Positions 26,500 to 38,601 of a stretch of DNA of 43,753 nucleotides are shown here, one piece after another. The first letter of the stretch is position 1. Every line of letters starts with the position of its first letter. The stretch lies in contig NW_014577082.1 in assembly GCF_000485595.1 (NCBI RefSeq), positions 455,989-499,741 on the forward strand. The letters are read 5' to 3'. The notes under the pieces are model-generated. The model was not told the DNA's origin. It was given only the letters and a program-made list of their open reading frames with translations, and made no database searches. The position numbers and the translations under genes were made by a program. Source of the DNA: Priapulus caudatus. Its lineage: Eukaryota.

Positions 26500-28871
26500 T
26501 TACGTACTGAATTGTCTACTGGTGAATAATGTTAGGATAGCAAAAGCACACAAAAGCACTATGAACGGTATGCGTTCCTGCGCTCCGTCGCGTCTTGGTG
26601 GCGTGTGTTGACCGAGGTTTGGTATGGGCTTGTTCTGACTCGTTAATCGAATGTAGAAATTATGCCCGATTCTGGGGAATAAGTAATGCATATAGCCGTT
26701 AAACTCTCAGCATAACGACTCAGATGTGATACACGATGTGTTAATTTATTCATCGGATCATCAGATATGCATACGTTCTTGTTGGGTGTATAGATAACAG
26801 CTAGGCGAATAACATGCATGCAGTGGCTCTATTACATTAATCCTCTATCGTGTCCGGTAGTTTTGGCGAACAACTGAATACAGCGTCCGGAAAAAATTGA
26901 TACGTTAAAGTATTATTATTTAATAATTATATAAATATAATATTATTATCTAAGATTAATTATTAAATAATATTGCTACGCGATTGCTCTGATAACACTG
27001 TCCAGGATATGAAGTGCGAGGCAGCCTGCATGCAGGTGTGATTTTTCACTAACCTAGTTGCGCTCCACAGATTTTCCGGCGTCGTCATGCTGGTTAGCAG
27101 CCACGTGGTGACCATGTACTCATTGGCCAAGGTGTCGTTGTTGGCGAGAGCGCTGCTGCCAATGCATCCGCTACAGTGGACACATTGACCGCTCCAGGTT
27201 GTCGCCGACTCGCCGTTGCTCCACACGACGGTGAAGCCAAACGCTCCGACGTGGTTCCCTACGGCCGCCGCGGCGCCGTATATCAAAGAGTAGCCGGTTC
27301 CTACGTGTGTGAATATAAGGGTAGACGATCAACCGCTGAGATACAGATGCAAGACAGTTCATGAGTCGGCTGACATTCAGTGGCGAAATACGTGGAGACG
27401 TAAGAAGTCGATCGACCGCACCTTTCCAGTACCAAGGTTACCTGCGCCTGGAAAATTCGATCGCATCCCTCATGCATCGTACAACTGTTTAATGGAAACT
27501 ATATAGCAGTTTAAACTCTCGAGTATTCACGCGAAGATGGCTAAACCGGGATCCAATTACGCGTTCAATTGTCTCTGAATCGCCTCCTGCATTCGCGATC
27601 GCCATTGCGTGTATAATTTATGTGTACCCGCTGCTCCACTTTCGACTTCCACTTCGGTAAGGTATTTTCCCACCAAGCTACCGTCGACTCCGTGACATAT
27701 AATCATCTCAGATCCGTGCTGGTTGTACCACACTCCTGTCAGGTTTGCACAGAGCACGATATCTTCCTGTTGGCCTGCTCACGACGGGAATAATCCTTGT
27801 GATTATTACAGAAGGATAGCTGCGGGGACACAACAACTACGAAGACACGGCAACTTCGACAACACGACAACTACGGGGATATGGCAACTAAGTTGACACG
27901 GCAACTACAGAAACACGGCAAGTAAGGAGACACAACAACTACGAGTACACGGCAACTACGGAGACATGGCAACCTTGCTCACAGTATAGTTAGGGGGACC
28001 CGGCAACTGCGGGAACACGACAACTTCGGGGACACGGCAAATACGCGGTAATGGGAACTACGAAGACACGGCAACTACGGGGACAGGGTAACTATGGGGC
28101 ACGGAAATTACGGGTACACGGCAACTACGGAGACACGGCAAGTAAATCTACAAACGATATATCGTCACCCGATAAAGTTTTTATATAGTAAGCATCTATA
28201 TTAAATGGACGCGGCATGAATATTGAATATTACAGAATATACCATTTGTTTACGATGTAATAACAAAATTACGGTTAATAATTATTTATTTGTATATGGG
28301 TTCGTACCTGTTCTTGCACCACTGGTTATTATGTTGGAGGCGTCATCGCCCTGGTATCAATACAAATCTGAATGATTATTGTATTCGCCGAATTTTATTA
28401 CGATGTTTTATAAATTGGGCACGGTACCATCGGACGCTTAGCGGCAGGTTACAATTGAGGATAGGGAAAAGTACGTCATTGGGGGTAACTGATGAGACCG
28501 GGTAACAAACAGAGCGAGGACGAGCAAAGGAATGAGGGAAAATGGTGCGAAGCAAAGAGGAATGCCGAGATAGGAAGATAAAACTAGGCCTACATCTACA
28601 AAAACAACTTATGCAGGCATGGAGGCAGAGAACTATCGTAGGTAAGATATATTTTATTGTATAATATCATATGGACAGTATATATCGAATTCACCCACAC
28701 CCTAACGCCCGGATATCATGCCGTTTCCGTTGCTTGGTTCCGGATAATAAGTTGCGAAGTCGATAACTTGTGTCCGGGGGGGAACCCGATGCTAACTTCC
28801 CATCAATCGCCCGACTGGCCACCGTCGCTGCCACTAGCATAAAGCGAGTAGAGCGCTGACGATGATGGCAG
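26500..28871 (-). CDS. Avidin/streptavidin-like protein, copy B, with C-terminal hydrophobic tail; first coding exon disrupted in this assembly (error or pseudogene)
   Basis: Intact exons 28350-28308, 27774-27628, 27300-27054, 26671-26500 give CANLTGVWYNQHGSEM...GFTVVWSNGESATTWSGQC...NLWSATRIGHNFY...IPFIVLLCAFAILTLFTSRQFST*. The exon at ~28871-28699 lacks the ATG and has many 1-nt indels relative to copy A. Confidence 0.8.
27820..28142. repeat. 17-bp intronic minisatellite, avidin copy B
   Basis: Same unit as 23885-24352, shorter array. Confidence 0.88.
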
Positions 28872-29020
28872 GTGATATTCAAAGCCAAGCTCTGGAAACC
28901 GTTTGACATCGCGAAATTGTAGTATCACGTTGCAGATTTGATGCGTTAATTTGGTGTAAAATCAACGATACGATGTGATAATTTCTACTTGACCTATTTT
29001 TAAACTGTTTAATATATTAT

Positions 29021-30941
29021 TAGTCCAGCAGATATATGTGCAATATATTGGCAGAATTGTGCTATTTTGGATATAAGCATGCAATTTGGCACACAGTTAG
29101 AACATGTCCTTGGAGAAATTTTTGGCTATAGGGGCATCGCAGATTTGTCCTACGATGACCTTGGCGGCCATTTTACAAAATGGCGGCAAAAAATAATTAT
29201 TTCCACTTAAACGTTTACGTATATCACCCAAGAAGGAAGCAAAACACAGTCTATTGAATTTACTATCAGATATTATTCATGTGTGCGGTAGTATATATGG
29301 CATACAATGTTTTGTATTAACCCCTGCATGAGTCGGCTCACATTATGGCGGCCATCTTGGATTTTAAGATGGCCACAACGTAAAAACCTATAGTACCAAT
29401 AGATATCGGTTTCCAATCCACTTAGGCTCTAAAACGTGATGCCTATTTCATATATATATATATATTTTTTTTTTTCATAGGAACAAAATGTATACAATAT
29501 ATACAATTTCTAAGTAGTCAAACAAACAATGTGAATTTAGAACAACAACATTTACTCTAAGGAATTGTATATATGCAGGATTATGGACCAGGCCTGTGTT
29601 AGCCTATAGTAATTAAGTTTACAGTAAGTAAATTTAACTTTAGTTTACAGTAAGTATACTGCATAAGAACTTATGGGTAATGTGTTTTTTCTGAAGTTAC
29701 AATGAGTAAAATTATCTCATTCAATGAAAATCCAGAAACTTGCGCAGTTAGGCAACATTTGAACGCTAATATGCAGCATAATGCATGGCGGCCAACAATT
29801 TGAGCGAGTCGCCGCGATATAATGTGATAAATGTCTTTGAGCATTAAAAACATGGAAATAGAGCAATTGGTTATAGGGCATACCCTTAGAAACATTAGTT
29901 TTTTATTAGAAACATTCAGTTTATTATGGCAATTAAAAGGTAACAAAATTAAAGCTTATTTCATATTACATACATTGTATACATTTTGTTCTATATTACA
30001 AATGTATGCTCACTCGAATACAGCCAGTACCACAGCTTAATAATGGGGGGGGGGGTTCGTGTTTCAATTGTTGGGCAATTGCTCGGACAGGGCCGTGTAC
30101 ACGGAATGTATGTACCGGGGGGGTCTAACCGTAACCCAAAGTTGCGGGCGACGCGATAGGGGGGGTCTGGACTCCCTGGACCCCCCCCCCCTTACACGGC
30201 CCCTGCGCGGCGCGAAGCGACCAGGCGAAGGAGCAGCGACCGAGCGAGGGGAGGGTGTGGGAGGGGGGTGTCCACTGTTCACCCTCCCGCACAATGGAGA
30301 TTTTGCAATTATTACACTAAAATGGAGCGACCTGAGGTGAAATTCTTAAAAATTAAAAAAAAATTTTGCTGGGGGGGGCTTGGGGGGGGGAGGGTTCGTT
30401 CGAACCCCCCGAACCCCCCCTGGCTACGGGCCTGTTATATATATGTATTAATAATAAATATTTAAAAAATGTATGTATAGACATCAAGTTTTAGAGCCTT
30501 AGTGAATTTTAAACCGAGATATTGGTATACTTATTGATTTTTAAGGTCATTTAAAAAATACAAGAAGGCCGCCATACTGTAAGCCGATTTAATTAAGGCC
30601 ACTATATGACATATATTATACCGCACACGTGAATAATAGTTGATAATAAATTCACTAGTCTATGTTTTGCTTTCTTCTTGGGTGATATACGTAAACTTTT
30701 AAGTGGAAATGATCATTTTTGCCACCATTTTGTAAAATGGCCACCAAGGTCACTGTAGGACAAATCTGCGATGCCCCTATAGCCAAAAATATTTCTAAGG
30801 ACATGTTCTAACTGTGTGCCAAATTGCATGCTTATATCCAAAAAAGCACAATTCTGCCAATATATCTGCTGGACTAATAATATATAATATGCGTTTTATC
30901 CAAAAAAGCAAAAAGTTTTCACATATATATCTGCCGGACTA
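29021..30941. mobile_element. Non-autonomous DNA transposon with ~400-bp TIRs, Academ-like (TAG...CTA termini, 3-bp TSD)
   Basis: Starts TAGTCCAGCAGATATA, ends TATATCTGCCGGACTA, TSD TAT. The empty site is visible in unit A (TTCTTATAGCATCGTTTGTT, ~25272). Superfamily call is inferred from termini only. Confidence 0.8.
30088..30434. mobile_element. GC-rich MITE nested inside the Academ-like element
   Basis: Termini CAGGGCCGTG / TACGGGCCTG; G/C-run interior resembling the other CAGGG-ended MITEs in the window. Confidence 0.6.
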
Positions 30942-31882
30942 TATGGGATCGTTTGTTATTCTACTCCTGCTCTTATATACGTTATGCTGACCTAAATCTC
31001 AGCGATTTAATCCAGCTGTGACAAGCAAAACTATCAGGAGCTGTAAAAATATCGACGTCAAACGCACAAATAATAGTCCAACATATAATCCACGAGGAAT
31101 GTAAAAAAATATTTATCATTGTTACCAAATAATGCCTCCAGTGTGACTCCACTTCTCTCCCTAAGAAGTATTGATGTGGTGGCGTCCAGGTCCGGAGTTA
31201 ATATGCCATCTACCGCAGCTGGTTCTTACATGCACTCCGTAAACAACGAAAAATGGCGAATACTGTTTTTTAGTAATCTGATCATTGGGATCAAAAGGGC
31301 AATGATCAGTTATCAGTACAAAAAGATACCGTATTGATCTGCCAGTAACATATTATCAAGAGTACATAATGTGAGTGTTATGTACTCCGTTATGTCTACT
31401 TTTGATAATTGATATTATCCTACTACACGTTGGTTCATGCGTGGTTCCATGATTCCATACACTGTCATTGGTCGACGACCATTCGTTCTCACCAATAAAA
31501 GTCACCAAAAGCTATTAAAAAAATTCGACATTAAGGCTGCACACGAACGTCACGTAGAAAACTGGATAGATCGAAGCAAAAAAACAACAACTCTACGATA
31601 GGGGTACATGCATGGAAGGAAACGACAGAGTCTAGTTATTCAGACGATTGAATGATCGTTAATGTATATTGTGCGGTTTGTGGTCAAGGGGATTGATTAT
31701 TACTCACATACGTCATGAAAATCCAATGAAACCCCAAATCCTCAAAAGGGCTATATCAGATATTCGGCGAAAACAATAATTTTCTGAAAACATACGCAAG
31801 CGAACGGGGGATATATCCTAGTTGTAAAGGACAAGTACGTGATACCTGTATCATGATATATGTGCGTTGATGGTGTTTTTCC

Positions 31883-34677
31883 GGTGTCAAGACAAATACC
31901 CCCCGGACAATCACCCCCCGGACAATTACCCCCGGACAATTACCACCCGGACAATTACCCCCCATGCCATTTACCCCCCCCACCTCCCCGGACCAAATTT
32001 CACCTCCCCACGACAATATTACCGTCGGCCATGGCCCCGACATTTACCCCCGGACATTTACCGGACCCGGACAATCACCCCCCCGAGACATTGTAACCCC
32101 CCGGAACAATCACCCCCCGGACATCATTACCCCCCGGCACATTTATCCCGCCCGAGACAATTACCCGACCCGACATACTTACCACCCCCGTACAATTACT
32201 CCCCGACATTAACCGCCCCGGACAATTACGCACCCCGACATTTACCCCCCGGGCAATATACCCACACCCCGGACGATTTTAAGCCCCCGGCAAATCACCC
32301 CCCCGACAATTACCCCCGGCACATTTATTCCCCCGACAATTACCCGCCCGACATTTACTCACGAATTGGTGTTTATTACTTCATTGTTGAAGCAGTGATA
32401 CAGGCAGGAGTTCGAGGGAGGAGGGAGCAGGTGGTGGAGGAGGACGGGGAGAAGGTTAAGCAGAAGGTGGTGGAGAGGAGGCAGAGGAGTTGGAGGAGGA
32501 GGAGTGAGAGAGGTTGGAGGGCAGCGAGAAAGGAGAATGTGGGAAACGTGGTGCACGGAGCGAGGGAAGGCGAGAAGTGGAGAAGGAGGACGAGGGGGAG
32601 GAGAAGGTCAGAGGAGAAGAGGGAGGAGAGAGGGAGGAGGAGGATATGGAGAGGATAGGAAGGATGAGAAGAATGACAGGAGAGGAGGTGGAGACATGGA
32701 GAGAAGGTGGACTGACAGGAAGGAGGGGGAGTAATTGGAGGAGGAGGAGGAAGAAGAAGGTAGCGAGGTCCAGGTGGAAGAGCGAGGAGGAGAAGGTGGT
32801 GAGGAGAGAGAGTAATGGCAGGTAGGAGGAGAGGAAGGGAGGAAGGAGGAGGCACGGAAGACGTGAATGAGTAGAGAGGTAGAGCGCCTCCCTACTTGCC
32901 TCCCCTCCCCCACCTCTCTCCTACCATCCTCTCCTCTCCCTTCCTCCACCTCATCTCCTCCTCCTCCTCCCACCACCCCTCTCTCAGCTCCTCCCCTCCT
33001 ATCTTCGCCACCTTCTCCCCACGTCCCCCTTCCTCTTCTCACATCTTCCCTCTCCCTCCTCCTCCAACTCACATCCTCCTCTCCTCTCCTTCTCCTCCTT
33101 CCCACCTCACCCCTCTCCTCCTCCTCCCCTCTGTCCTCCTCCTCACAACCCACAACCTTCTCCGCCCTCCCACCACCTGGCCTCCCCTCGCTAAACTCCT
33201 CCCCTTCTCACCTCCTCCACTAATCCGTCTTCTCCTCCTCCTCCTGGCCTCACTCCTCCCACCTCTTCTTCCTCCTCTTAATCCTCCCTCGGCTCGCCCT
33301 CCAACGCACCTTCTCCTCATCCTCTAAACCTTGCTCCTGGTCCTCTACACTCCTCCTTCCTCTCCTCCTCCTCCATCCATGCCTCTCCCCACCTCCTGGC
33401 GCTCCTCTACCTCTCCCCTGCCCCTCCACCCACCCTAACTCCCCACGTTCTCGCTCCTCCCCTCCTCCACCCGCTCCTGCTCCTCCTCCTCCTCCTCCTC
33501 CTCCACTTCCCTCCTCCTCTCCTCCTCCCCGTCCTCCTCACTCCTCTCCTCCACCTACTCCCCCTTCTCCTCCGTCCTCACAACGCTTCTACCCCCTCCA
33601 TCAGTCCCGCCACAGATCACCCGCCCGCACACTTCTCACCACGTTTCCCCCTCCTGCCTCACCTTCATCCGTCATCCAAAAAAATTCACTCTTACCTCCT
33701 CTCCATCGGCTCTCCTCCCCCTCCTCCTCCTCGCACCTTCTCCCCCTCCTCTTCTTCAGTACTCCCAAACCTCTCGCGACTCGCACTGCCACACTCCAAT
33801 ACCCCACAGCACCGACGTTCTCCCCACCTCGTCCCACTCATTCCTCCTCCACGCAGCCTCTTCCCTCCTCCCTCAGACCCTCCTGCCTGTATAACTTTAC
33901 AATGAATAATAAACACCAAAAAGTGACCAACACATAAGTCCGCGAGGGCCGAGCAGTCAATAAATCGTCCACGAACCTAAAATGTCCGGTGGGTTAAACT
34001 GATCCAGGGTAATTGTCCGAGGTAAATGCTTCCGGCGGGTCAACCGACACCAATTATGCGTCAGACGGGTAAATGTTCTGGGTAATTGTCGCGGAAGGGT
34101 AAAATGCCGGGGGTAATTGTTCGGCGGAGGTAAAATGCCGGGGCCAGCCCTAAGCACTCCAGGCGGGGATGTAATTGTCAACCGGAATCGAGTTGTCCGA
34201 ATCGCGGGTCTGGGGGGCGGTGCTGCTCCTGGGCGGGACGGGAGCTGGGGCCGCAGTGGGGCGTGAAAACGCACGCAACCCGGCACCACACACACAGCAG
34301 CACCACACCACCACACAACCACAGCACGGGTGAATAGTCCCGGGGTAAAATGCCCGGGGGGTAAATGTCCAGGGGTAATTGTCCGCGGGTAAATGTCCCG
34401 GGGAATTGTCCGGGGGGTTAAATGTCCGGCGGGTAAATTGTCCGGGCGTAAATGTCCGGGTAATTGTCTCACGGGGGGTAAATGTCCGGGTAATTGTCCG
34501 CGGGTAAATTCCGGGGGGTAATTGTCGGGGGTAAAGGGCCATGGGGTAAAAATGGCAATGGGGGTAATGCTCCGGGGGGTAATTGTCCAGGGGTAGAATT
34601 GTGCCGAGGGACGGTAGATGTCCGGGGGATATGTCGCGAGGGGGGTGATTGTCCGGGTATATTGTCGCTAAGAACCC
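31883..34677. mobile_element. Foldback-type element with modular inverted arms of GGACAATTACCCCC repeats
   Basis: Left arm ~31890-32360, inverted right arm ~33980-34665. Inner IR TGGTGTTTATT...ATACAGGCAGGAG at ~32368-32410 and ~33880-33918. Centre is a GA-rich tract followed by a CT-rich tract. TSD not resolved. Confidence 0.8.
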
Positions 34678-37600
34678 GTTTGTTCGCCGTTACTTCTCTG
34701 TCCGTGTTCCGTCCCCGTCACAGGCAACATCAGTCAGCAGCACACAGTAATAATGCGGAATCACTGATGCAAGCCGAGAGGCAACCAGACAGGGCGTGAT
34801 GTTGTGCACACGCTACAGAGGAACATGGGAACGCGGGGTAAGAAATACAAGTATGAAACAAACAAAAAAATGTGAATGCATAATAAAAAGAAAGAACACA
34901 GAGAGAGAAATAACCGAGATAGCGGAAAGAGAGCGCGTCGTGAGCGAGAGAAAAGAGATAAGAAAGAGAGAGAGAAAGATGAGAAGAGAGGGAGAGAGAG
35001 AGATGAGAGAAGAGAAAGTGAGAATAATACCGGGGCGCGGGCGAGCGCAGTTTACTCGAAGTAAGACGTCATTATGGCAAATGTGTTAATCGACTGCAAC
35101 TGGAAGTAAATAGCAGCGGAATGTATGAAGCAGCAATATAATAGAATTGCATGTAAACGTCGCCAAAACACAATGTGAAATCAAAAAAGAAAAATACAAT
35201 GCTTTTCACGAGTTCGTCAGTAACCAATGTCTAAATTACAATTCAATGTATGTCAGCTGCAATGCCAAAAGTATATACACATGGGCAGGTCCATTAACAA
35301 TTTAAGTTATAATATTAAAACATTCGTATCACGCACAGAATATAATTTGGTTATAACTTGCATTATATCAAGGAGCATAAAGGAATTATTATTGGTGCCC
35401 ATAACTATGCATCTAGCCAGCGCACCGCACTGCTCGCGCCTTGAAACTGACGCTCCTAAAGTGAGCATCGCGACGCAGGCGCCTCCTTGTTTTCAAGATA
35501 GCACACAGCACATTAGCAAATATGCACGCAGTATCTTACTGCCGAGCAGTCCAAAAGTACGACGCTGCTACCTCTATTAATTAAATCGTTAACGCCGAAC
35601 TTCACATGATCCCAGACACATCGGATATTTACAATATATTAATAATGAAATCATATAGTTAATATATTTTAGACAGTACACGAGCTCATCACAGTTCCAC
35701 TCACCGATTAGAACGTAACCTTTTACAGTGACTCTTAATTAATTAGGCAGACTATTATAATACTCAAGAGTTAATAAAGAACAAAAATGTTATTATTTAC
35801 TCCTGATAAACGTTATATAATAATTATGATTTCACTGTAGAATGTATACGCTACGGTGAGTAAAATATATTTATTCTATAGCACACGTTAATTAATTGAC
35901 CATTTTTTAATCATTTGAAACTAAAATTATAAGGCTGGAATCAAGAGAAAAAAAGCATGTTATGCATCTTATATGAACGAATTCACGGCGTACTCGATCT
36001 ACAACAAACAGCAGTCCAATTGCGATAACATGAGTGACCAGACTACGTATTATCATCATCTGCGCACCCCATAAGAAATGATCGACGTCACTCCTGGCGG
36101 CAGCGACACGCCACCATAACGGTAGTGTGCCTCGTGCTTAGCCGCGTGCGTCCACGCTACTTACAGTATCACTTGAATTAGTAATGTTCTTACCGAATAG
36201 CGCGCGGCCGCGTCCAAGTTCCCCATCATGCTTTCCCGAAAATAAGTGACTACATCTAACCCGAAGTCCATACGTGAAATTCACAACACCAACTCCGCAA
36301 ACAATTGTGGCAAGTGCGCACAAAGATATTCACAACCTTATCTATCTCCTCTCTTCTCAGCTCACCACGCAGTCATAGTGCGCGGGCACGCCCGCAGAAC
36401 CGTTACATCACTTCTGAGAGGAGCTATCTCGTTCGACAAGTTGACGTTCGTGTTAACTTTGCCACATAAGACGTATCTATGGATAGCAGCAGTTAATAAT
36501 CTGCATTCCGATCGCGAAAAGCCGAAAAATAAATATTGCAACCCCGGAAATTAGCGCGTCGACGCACTAGAAGAGGCCCTGACACGCGTCAGCGCGACAT
36601 ACCCCGGTACCTGCCAAATACTCAGTACATCCGTATCTGAGGAACGTATTAACCGGGCTTCCGCCGCATCTCCATGCCCGTCATGTTTCCTGCCTTGCGC
36701 GTGCATGTGATAACTGACTAGCGTTTCAAGCAAGATATCCTTCCTCCTTCGTCGTTGCGGCGATCACATCGGCTAACCTGTCTCGAAAGTTTTCGCCTTG
36801 TTCCTGTCCCTGTGTGTTCTTGCATACTGTTCGCACGTTCACGTGCAACGGTAGAAACGAAAGTCAGCATGGTCTGTTGGCATACAGAGCCAATATTCCT
36901 TATCGTATCCACACTACTCCTCCGCCTCCGCATATCCTGTCACCAAATCACGTTCCGATACTGATAAATCGATGATTTCCGCAAAGATTCCGTACCTCCA
37001 GCCCGACCTCTTCGCCTACTACGCCCGAGTAGCATGAGCCGTTTAATTGCCGCGTGCCCCCCGTACAGGTAAGGCGATGTAGTGGTTGGAGTGCGTAAAC
37101 GTTCGTCTGTATTGTAGCCGGTACAGCACAGCACGTTTACGAGAGTTTCAACTCGTCTGAGTGCTGCAGCACTGTTACATCCTCGAGCCTCACAGCCGTG
37201 TTTGACGCCACATTCTGGCTCGCTTCGCGCGAGAAAAAATACATATACCCTATCATATTATCTTCACTCCTTTCTCGCCTTCCACCATTCATCCGTCGAG
37301 TATTGACTTTGTCGATGAGATCTGTCCGATCTGTGCAGTTTGTTTCGCATGCACGTGTGTGCGTTGTGTGTGAAATTGGAAGACAACGAAAAGGTCTGCG
37401 TTTTTGGCTTCCAGCTTTCGTTGAGGTCAGGAAACTTGCTATGGTATCCTGGCGTGAATACATGCACTTCCAAAGATCAGCAGCTAAAGACACCCACAGC
37501 ACCGATGGCCTTTTCTTTTCAAAGGTAACGCGCATCGCATACAATCCGTACACCATGTACAGTGTACTTCGGTGTATGTATGTCATGCCCGCGCACAACC

Positions 37601-38601
37601 GCTGATTAGCTGATATGATCACGTTTGACTAGAAGAAAGAGAATACATGGAATAAAAGCTAAGCGACTAAGGGCTAAGCCTAAAGGTTGTGGTCTGGGCG
37701 GTCCGTGTTTATAGTTCTGTTTACCCTGCAATTGGGTAATCTGCACGCGTTCACTTTACCCTGTTGATTGTTTTGTTCAAATTGGTGCTGAGTATCGCAC
37801 ATATAATATATGTAAGTACAGTGCAACCAGTATACAATGGAGGTTTGTGTCAAGGTCACCTGTAGACTATAATAATATCGTTTATCCATGTCATATCATC
37901 TTTATCCTTGGCGAAGCCCCATTACATAGGAATCGTCTACTCATTCATAACTGTATACGCTACGAACTTATCAGCATGGCATTATAAATGCAAATTATTA
38001 AATCAATGCTCACTCAAAGCAAGTGAATGAACCATCACTTGCATTACCGGCACTTATTATTTGGCATGGTTAGGTGCACAAAAAGAGCGTAAATATCCAT
38101 AGTAAATCCCGTTAACCGCCATATAAAGTATCTGTGTTTTATATCGTGTACTGCCAGGGCGGAAGCAGGTATTTGCTATCCAAGGGGGGGGGGTGGTCTA
38201 ACGCATGAAACCTCCCAAAACACTTGCGAGCGACTTTAGCGAAAGGGGGGTCTGGGGTCCAGAATATTTTTTTAAATAAGGAACCACCCCCTAATGCGTT
38301 TCTAATTAACCCCCTGACCTCCTCCCCCCTGTACCAACGCCCCGGGTAGCGGTACACTCAAAGAGCACTGATACTGTTATGTTGGGAGTAGCCCGACCAG
38401 GCGTCGACGGAGTGTCTAATACGGGTATTCTATACCCTAGCCAATACCGTTCATTGGAGCTAAGTGTTGGGAGTGATTTTCCGATCGAAAATTTCAATCT
38501 ACCCGCAACGTAAGAGTACCACGCACACACTGACATACGACGCACACACCAGCTATGTAAATACGTTAGAAATCGCCATATGCCTANNNNNNNNNNNNNN
38601 N

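Larger units (their letters stand above)
22221..31880. repeat. Tandem duplication of the avidin-like gene unit (A ~22221-26195; B ~26279-31880)
   Basis: Colinear similarity across downstream flank, exons, introns, minisatellite and promoter; the units are separated by the N-gap 26240-26249. Confidence 0.9.

Noticed and set aside
22821..28871. Bacterial streptavidin acquired by recent horizontal transfer or contamination
   Set aside because: Despite streptavidin-like motifs (GHDxF, GADG), the genes have several spliceosomal introns, a TATA box and host-type repeats, and avidins are known in animals. Ancient origin would need a phylogeny.
31867..34799. Long Pro/Ser/Glu-rich ORFs (e.g. 263 aa at 31867-32658)
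   Set aside because: They are translations of the foldback element's tandem repeats and GA/CT tracts; no transposase or other domain motif.
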